In this document: positions 58,478 to 64,000 of the stretch, one piece after another
How the letters are laid out: every line of letters begins with the position of its first letter
Numbering within the stretch: position 1 is the first letter of the stretch
DNA from: Spirochaetota bacterium
GTDB lineage: Bacteria > Spirochaetota > UBA4802 > UBA5550
Length of the DNA: 64,000 nt
NCBI GenBank assembly: GCA_050298055.1
Contig: JBNKTL010000002.1
Span: 1-64,000 of the forward strand
Reading direction: 5' to 3'
Notes under the pieces: generated by a model
Database searches by the model: none
What the model saw: only the letters and a program-made list of their open reading frames with translations
Told to the model about the DNA's origin: nothing
Made by a program: the position numbers and the translations under genes

Positions 58478-60201
58478 CCCCGTACCATCCTGTAAAGGGA
58501 ATAGACCAGCTCAGTCAATGCCTCACCGATTATCAATCCCGCTGCAAGAGGCACAAGCTTCTCTTCAATAAATTTTCCCGGCCTGTACCTCTCAATGACC
58601 AGGGAGATAAGGCTTCCCGCTCCAAACCCCAGTGTAATTGAAAACGGGAGGTACATGGAGAGGCCTATGAGGACGGCAACCCCGCTTATGGGGAAAATTG
58701 AAATAATCCCGCCCAGGACGCCCCCGGCAATATACTTGTCAAGGGGCACATTTCCGGTGATGATCCCGTCAAGTATTCCCCTCAGCGCTCCTGCCTGTGG
58801 TGCGGAAAGACAGTCCGGGAGGCCCTTTATGCATGCTTCACTCTCCGGTCCGAAACCGGGGCCGCCGGAGGGGCTGTTCCAGAGGAGAGAGATAGTGGCT
58901 ATTGCCACTACAGGCCCTATCCATGCAACGGCAAACTGCACAAGCTGCTGCTTTGCCGGAGAGGCGCCAACCAGGTGTCCTGTTTTAAGGTCCTGCATCA
59001 TGTCAGCACACTGGCTTGTGGCCACACAGACCGCCACACTTATCATGACGGATACCACTACGTTGTTGCCCGTAATCGCCATCATGAGGGTTACGGCAAT
59101 AAGCGCAAGACCGGAGATGGGTGATATATCTGTCATTCCGGTACACTGGGCCACTATAAGACCGGCAATCCCTATCCATACAACACCTGTTATCCCTGCA
59201 AGCAGTGACTCCCAGATGCCCATATTTTCACCGGAAAGCGCCGTGATAAAGAGAGATGCCAGGGAGAGAACAAAAACTGCTCCCAGGAACCTGGTACTGA
59301 TTCTTTCGTTATTCGCCGCCCCCTTGCTCCCTGCGGATACTGCAGAGAAGAGAGAAGAGAACGCGCTTTTAATAGCGGGAAATGCCGCAGCCACACCTCC
59401 AAGGGCTCCGCCTATAAGGAGCCCTATGCCAACAGGCCTGAGCATTGAGAGATAGATATAGCTTTTCAGTTCATGGGCGCCGGTGCTTTCCGGTATCCAG
59501 TGAAGGTTTACTGCTGCCGGTGCGATAATCCAGTATGAAAGCATTCCTCCCAGTGCAAAAGGAAGACCTCCCCTTCCCGCCAGCATCCCCGCGCCAATAT
59601 TCATGAGACTCAATGAGATAAAACCCTGCATATATTCGGGAAGCCCTAACCACCTGCCATAGGGAATTGAATCAGGAATGAGACCGGTTTTGACCGCTAC
59701 CACAGCCACAAGTGAAATAATTGCCCCCGCAAGGAGAAGAACCGCCCTTCCGGTTCCTGCTCCCGGGGAAGTAAGAATGGCGGCAACGGCAGTTCCGGTA
59801 GGAAAGCGGAGTCTGTCTATCTCTATCATCTGTCTTCTCAGGGGGATGATAACAAATATTCCCAGAAAGGAACCTGCAGTTGCAGCCAGCACCATGTATC
59901 CGAAACTAAATTCCCTTCCCATGAGCATGAGTGCCGGCAGGGTAAAGATAATACCGGCACTGGCAATATTCACACCACTTGCAACTGTCTGGTTTATATT
60001 GTTCTCAAGGATTGTTCCCTTTCTCATTATCCCCCTGAGAAAAAGAAAACCGAGAATTGCGGCTATTGATGAACCGCCGATGGTGAACCCGAGCTTAAGG
60101 CCTGCATAGACAAAGGACATGGTCATGAGAATCCCGAGAATGGTTCCAAAAACCACTGAGGGAACGGTGATCTCTCTGTACTTTCCTTTCCTTTCCTGCA
60201 T
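58474..60201 (-). CDS. OPT/YSL-family oligopeptide transporter
   Basis: YAGLKLG, ILENNINQTVAS, FTLPA, LRFPTGTA, DMMQDLKTG, APQA, GLIIGEAL. Confidence 0.92.
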   Translation of the reverse strand: MQERKGKYREITVPSVVFGTILGILMTMSFVYAGLKLGFTIGGSSIAAILGFLFLRGIMRKGTILENNINQTVASGVNIASAGIIFTLPALMLMGREFSFGYMVLAATAGSFLGIFVIIPLRRQMIEIDRLRFPTGTAVAAILTSPGAGTGRAVLLLAGAIISLVAVVAVKTGLIPDSIPYGRWLGLPEYMQGFISLSLMNIGAGMLAGRGGLPFALGGMLSYWIIAPAAVNLHWIPESTGAHELKSYIYLSMLRPVGIGLLIGGALGGVAAAFPAIKSAFSSLFSAVSAGSKGAANNERISTRFLGAVFVLSLASLFITALSGENMGIWESLLAGITGVVWIGIAGLIVAQCTGMTDISPISGLALIAVTLMMAITGNNVVVSVMISVAVCVATSQCADMMQDLKTGHLVGASPAKQQLVQFAVAWIGPVVAIATISLLWNSPSGGPGFGPESEACIKGLPDCLSAPQAGALRGILDGIITGNVPLDKYIAGGVLGGIISIFPISGVAVLIGLSMYLPFSITLGFGAGSLISLVIERYRPGKFIEEKLVPLAAGLIIGEALTELVYSLYRMVRG

Positions 60202-60290
60202 ACTTTTCCCGAGGTAATTTTAGTGTATTGTCATCTGGATAATCGGAGGAGAATAAATGCAAGAAAGTTTTGGAAAGCCTATGAAACAAA

Positions 60291-60377
60291 AATCCCCGCC
60301 GCCCAGGGCGGTGGGGACATATCAGTTATTTTTTTGTAAAAATTATTATTCTTATTACATAGCTGAGTAGTAGTTAC
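60291..60377. mobile_element. IS66-like MITE half copy
   Basis: TCCCCGCCGCCC-A-GGGCGGTGGGGAC...CATAGCTGAGTAGTAGTTAC. Confidence 0.75.
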
Positions 60378-60385
60378 ATTACATT

Positions 60386-61267
60386 TTATTTCTTCTTATT
60401 CAGTTCCTTTTTAACCTTGTCCGCATAGACTATTGCCATTTTCTTCCCATGCTCTTTGAACATTTTTTCATGGAGTGTGGGAACAATAATATTGGCAACC
60501 ATAGGCGCATTTGCCGGTGTTGTCAGGAAATACTCCTTGAGATTAATAACGGGGTTGAGTTTCCTGTCAAAAAGTGTAGCGATGAAACTGGAACCTGAGG
60601 ACGCAACTCCTGACATTGGCCCCCCTATGGGCCCTGCGCATCCTTTACAGGTAAATGAAAAACCGGTGTCCTGTATGACAAGAATACCATCAACGCCGAG
60701 AGCTTTAATCGCATCTTCAAGGTATTTTTTTTCATCATCAGAACCCAGCAGTGCAGTGTTCATTCCCCATGCATCTTCGGATAATCCATACTGGTTGATC
60801 CCTTCCGGGGCAGATCCCTTCTTCGGCCCACTACCAATACCAAGCATCCCCATTGCACTTCCCATAACACTTTTTTTAACATCTGCTTTAGGCGGCTTAT
60901 ACAATGCTGCAAATGCTTTATTCCCTACTACTTCATTATAGCTCAAAATCCTGAAAGGCAGCCCCTGTTTATTTAACTCATCCACAAATGACTTGTAGGA
61001 TGTTGTTGCCGCCTTTATACCGTCTCCGTAAGAAGCTTGTTGTGCTACGGCAATAGCAACATCCTTTAAACTCCTGGGAGCTTTTTTCTTTGGGTCATCC
61101 CTGTACTTGATTTCAGGAGGCACTGTATACATAACCAGGGCGACCTTTTTAATTTTATTAATATTTTCCCTGTCAATCTTTACAGTCCAGGTTGAACAGC
61201 TTACTATCAGCACCATGCTGTAAACCAGAACCGTAACCAATACCCTTTTGAAGCCCGATCTTTTCAT
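60386..61267 (-). CDS. Lipoprotein, hypothetical
   Basis: SD GAGGAGG, lipobox IVSC. Confidence 0.7.
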   Translation of the reverse strand: MKRSGFKRVLVTVLVYSMVLIVSCSTWTVKIDRENINKIKKVALVMYTVPPEIKYRDDPKKKAPRSLKDVAIAVAQQASYGDGIKAATTSYKSFVDELNKQGLPFRILSYNEVVGNKAFAALYKPPKADVKKSVMGSAMGMLGIGSGPKKGSAPEGINQYGLSEDAWGMNTALLGSDDEKKYLEDAIKALGVDGILVIQDTGFSFTCKGCAGPIGGPMSGVASSGSSFIATLFDRKLNPVINLKEYFLTTPANAPMVANIIVPTLHEKMFKEHGKKMAIVYADKVKKELNKKK

Positions 61268-61440
61268 ATTAATCCTCCTCTGAAAATTTAATAAAAATTC
61301 TTTTCTGGAAAATCCGTTATCTGAAAACTCAGGAGATCTCATATTTTTTTACTATCTTATAGAAAAATATTCAAGCTGTCAAAGTATTTTATCAATATTA
61401 AAAAAAAGATCCGCACATTCGCTGTTTATTGCCTGGGTTC

Positions 61441-62412
61441 CTACCACCTGATACCGGCATAGATCTCTGTGATTACACTGTCCACCCGGATCTCTGTGGC
61501 AGTTTTATCCTGAACATCGGACTTGAAGAATGTCATATCATTGGTAAGCATCGCTCCCATGAAAAACAGATCACTGTTAAATCCTACTGAAAGGTTGAGG
61601 TTATTTTTCCCAAATGGCTCTATGCTCTTTACCTCACCACCATCGTTTTCCTGTACCTTCTGCATAACACCCATACCCAGAAAAACCGCACCGGATATAA
61701 AGAAATTCCCGAGCACGAGGGTATAGCCCGCACCGGGAGCAAGAGCAACACCCGTATGCCTTCCTCCTCTGTACCCCCTGTCATCAGCGAAATTATCTTC
61801 CCGGGCAGGGGGAATCAGGGACCTGTCGCTGTCTATGTCGACCCGGGAAAATGATGCCATTGCCAGAAATGACCCGCCTGACTTCAGCTGCTTCTCTGTT
61901 TGAGTGAAGGAACTGTTCAGAGAGAAACTGTCAGAAAAGATATAGAAAAGATTGAGACCTGTGTTCATTATTTTCAGGTCCTTTCTTTTGGCAGTAGAAT
62001 CACCGGCAATATTTCCGTAGTCCCCGGGATTCTCCAGGTAAAATCCGCTGTACTTCTGAAAGTATGCACGAACCCCCAGGTGTCTCTTGAAATAATTCAA
62101 CCGGTAATCCAGATATTCCGTTTTGCCGTATTCCGATTCATCTTTTTGTGATCCATCAAGCTCGGTACCGAAGGAAAACCCAAAACCCATATATGAAACC
62201 CCGACTTTCCCGTTAGCCAGAGTGTTGGGCAGGAAAATAATCTCTTCCGAATCCCTTTCCACTGCAAGGTTAAGCGTAGGTCTGATACCGGAAACACGAA
62301 CGGTTATTTTGTCATTATAGGAAGTGTATGATTCACTTGCAGATGTTTGAACAGCTGCCAGGAAAACAGTCAGTATTGTTATGAGTAAGAAAATATTCTT
62401 TGATTTTATCAC
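61441..62412 (-). CDS. DUF4421-like outer-membrane beta-barrel protein
   Basis: Signal peptide; F.PN....G.GVSY, Q.Y.GFY, Q.EKQ.KS.GS, C-terminal YAGIRW. Confidence 0.7.
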   Translation of the reverse strand: MIKSKNIFLLITILTVFLAAVQTSASESYTSYNDKITVRVSGIRPTLNLAVERDSEEIIFLPNTLANGKVGVSYMGFGFSFGTELDGSQKDESEYGKTEYLDYRLNYFKRHLGVRAYFQKYSGFYLENPGDYGNIAGDSTAKRKDLKIMNTGLNLFYIFSDSFSLNSSFTQTEKQLKSGGSFLAMASFSRVDIDSDRSLIPPAREDNFADDRGYRGGRHTGVALAPGAGYTLVLGNFFISGAVFLGMGVMQKVQENDGGEVKSIEPFGKNNLNLSVGFNSDLFFMGAMLTNDMTFFKSDVQDKTATEIRVDSVITEIYAGIRW

Positions 62413-62481
62413 AGGTCGTTATCCATATATTTTTTATAAGGATAACATAATTTTAATCAATGTCAAATAGTAAATAATTTC

Positions 62482-62622
62482 GCAGTCACTCAGCTCTGTA
62501 AAAAGAAAAATGAGATTTTATAAAAAAAAGGAAACTATTATGTCCCCGCCGCCAAGGCGGCGGGGACAATTGGTAATATTTTAGTCAATAGGTTAATTTC
62601 AGCCATATAGCTGAGTAATTGC
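62482..62622. mobile_element. IS66-like MITE copy with perfect 8-bp target duplication
   Basis: ATAATTTC|GCAGTCACTCAGCT...AGCTGAGTAATTGC|ATAATTTC; TGTCCCCGCCGCC-AA-GGCGGCGGGGACA core. Confidence 0.88.
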
Positions 62623-62639
62623 ATAATTTCTTTGTAAAA

Positions 62640-62675
62640 AAATGAGGGGTACTCCTTTCAGGGCACCCCTCATTT
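62640..62675 (-). terminator. Terminator of the etfBA operon
   Basis: AAATGAGGGGT...ACCCCTCATTT with a T-run on the minus strand. Confidence 0.7.
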
Positions 62676-62709
62676 AAATGAATTTAAATTTTGGAGAAGC
62701 TGTTATTTT

Positions 62710-63660
62710 CTATAATTTTTCCAGCATCGCCGGTAGCACTTCAAAGAGATCACCCACAATACCGTAGGTGGCAATATTGAAAATCGGCGCTTCGGGGTCT
62801 TTGTTTATGGCCACAATACACTGCGAGCCTTTCATTCCGGCAATATGCTGGATTGAACCTGATACACCTGCCGCAATATAAAGGTCCGGTGTTACGGTCT
62901 TCCCCGACTGTCCCACCTGCCGTGCCGCATCGGCCCAGCCCGAGTCCACAACAGGACGCGTAGCGGCATACTCACCGCCGAGCTTCTCGGCAAGAGGAAC
63001 GATGACTTCTTTATACTTATCGGCGTCCTTGACACCCCGGCCGCCGGTAACAATAATTTTCGCCTGGGAGATATCCACCGACCCCGCCATGGTCTCAATG
63101 GTCTCAAGAACCTTTGTTCTTACATCGCTAATTGAAGCAGATACTGGTTTTACTGTTCCTTCACTTCCCGCTTCGGCAGCAGGAAACGCGCCCTTCTCCA
63201 GGGTTAAGACAAATCGATCTGTCTTGACCTTCTTCTCTTCCTGTATCTTTCCGTTGTAGGTATTCCTGGTCAGTACAAGTTCCCCGCCCTCAACAACTGC
63301 CCTGTTGCAGTTTGAGACGATTCCCGCGCCCAGTGACATGGCAACCTTACCGGCAAAGTCAACACCATCATAGCTCTGGGCGATGAGAATACCCTTTATA
63401 TCTTCCGAATCAACCACTGCTTTTACAGCCTCGGTATATCCGTCTGACGTGTAATTTTCCAGTTTCGGGTCCGATACCGAAAGGACTTCGGGCATATACA
63501 TTGCAAGCTCCCCGGCAAGTGTATCATCTTTCCCAAAAACTGCTGCTGCAGGTTCGGCTCCCAGGCCGGCCGCTATATCCCTGGCCGCGGAACAGAGCTC
63601 CAGGGTTGCTTCCTTGAGTTCTCCGTTCCGGTGTTCTGCGATTACAAGTATCTTTGACAT
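62710..63660 (-). CDS. etfA: Electron transfer flavoprotein alpha subunit
   Basis: GGRG, ATRPVVD.GW, QVGQSGKTV.P.LYIA.GVSG.IQH.AGM, AINKD. Confidence 0.95.
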   Translation of the reverse strand: MSKILVIAEHRNGELKEATLELCSAARDIAAGLGAEPAAAVFGKDDTLAGELAMYMPEVLSVSDPKLENYTSDGYTEAVKAVVDSEDIKGILIAQSYDGVDFAGKVAMSLGAGIVSNCNRAVVEGGELVLTRNTYNGKIQEEKKVKTDRFVLTLEKGAFPAAEAGSEGTVKPVSASISDVRTKVLETIETMAGSVDISQAKIIVTGGRGVKDADKYKEVIVPLAEKLGGEYAATRPVVDSGWADAARQVGQSGKTVTPDLYIAAGVSGSIQHIAGMKGSQCIVAINKDPEAPIFNIATYGIVGDLFEVLPAMLEKL

Positions 63661-63672
63661 TTGACTGACCTC

Positions 63673-64000
63673 CTATATGACCTTGGCTTCATTTTTTAAT
63701 TTGTCCAGCAGTGTCCCCGCTGCAGTTGCAGGATCACCCTCAATGATCTCCGCCTTGTGGTCCGCGACAGGAAAAAACATCCTCACAAACTCGGTTTGAG
63801 GTTCTGTTTCCGCTCCAAGGTCAGATGCCGTTTTCGCGTCAAGAGGTTTCTTCTTTGCCTTCATGATCCCGGGAAGTGTGGGATACCTCGGCTCGTTTAT
63901 ACCTGATTGTATTGAGAGCACAGCCGGCGCGCTGAGTTCAATGACTTCGTTCAGGCCGCCTTCAAGTTCCCTGTTGACCTTGAGACCTTTTTTGTCATCC
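63673..64000 (-). CDS. etfB: Electron transfer flavoprotein beta subunit (3' part)
   Basis: RELEGG...PAVLSIQ.GINEPRYPTL.GIMKAKKK. Confidence 0.92.
   Translation of the reverse strand, partial: DDKKGLKVNRELEGGLNEVIELSAPAVLSIQSGINEPRYPTLPGIMKAKKKPLDAKTASDLGAETEPQTEFVRMFFPVADHKAEIIEGDPATAAGTLLDKLKNEAKVI

Noticed and set aside
6160..62622. GTAAC...GTTAC repeats as integron attC sites
   Set aside because: They do not fit RYYYAAC/GTTRRRY, occur in both orientations between housekeeping genes, carry 8-bp TSDs, and no integrase is present.

Overview
64 kb of ordinary chromosomal backbone from a bacterium that looks like an anaerobic Spirochaetota member. This is an inference from the LipL21-like lipoprotein, the long YihY fusion, the W/Mo-AOR, ETF and selenocysteine use. 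It carries housekeeping genes (ligA, rnr, pgi, gltA, znuACB, rarA, rpsU, an EF-G paralogue, etfAB), two-component proteins and several exported proteins. No rRNA, tRNA or CRISPR array was seen. The interesting signal is almost all intergenic or missed by the ORF track. (1) An intact IS110/IS1111-type element (25382-26763) has a readable bridge/seekRNA in its 3' end. Its guide segments match both its own circle junction and the palindromic CGCAAAG repeat it has inserted into. (2) A glutaredoxin-like gene with two in-frame UGA codons and SECIS-like hairpins (38901-39116) is absent from the ORF track. (3) About 12 copies of an IS66-like MITE occur (GTAACTACTCAGC ends, 8-bp target duplications, covarying GC hairpin). 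(4) There are several families of palindromic repeats, two of which still enclose what look like decayed nuclease gene ends (GxxExxY-like and DUF559-like). (5) One lipoprotein has an N-terminal domain whose pattern resembles a gasdermin-type fold. All protein calls come from motif recognition by eye; no searches were run.
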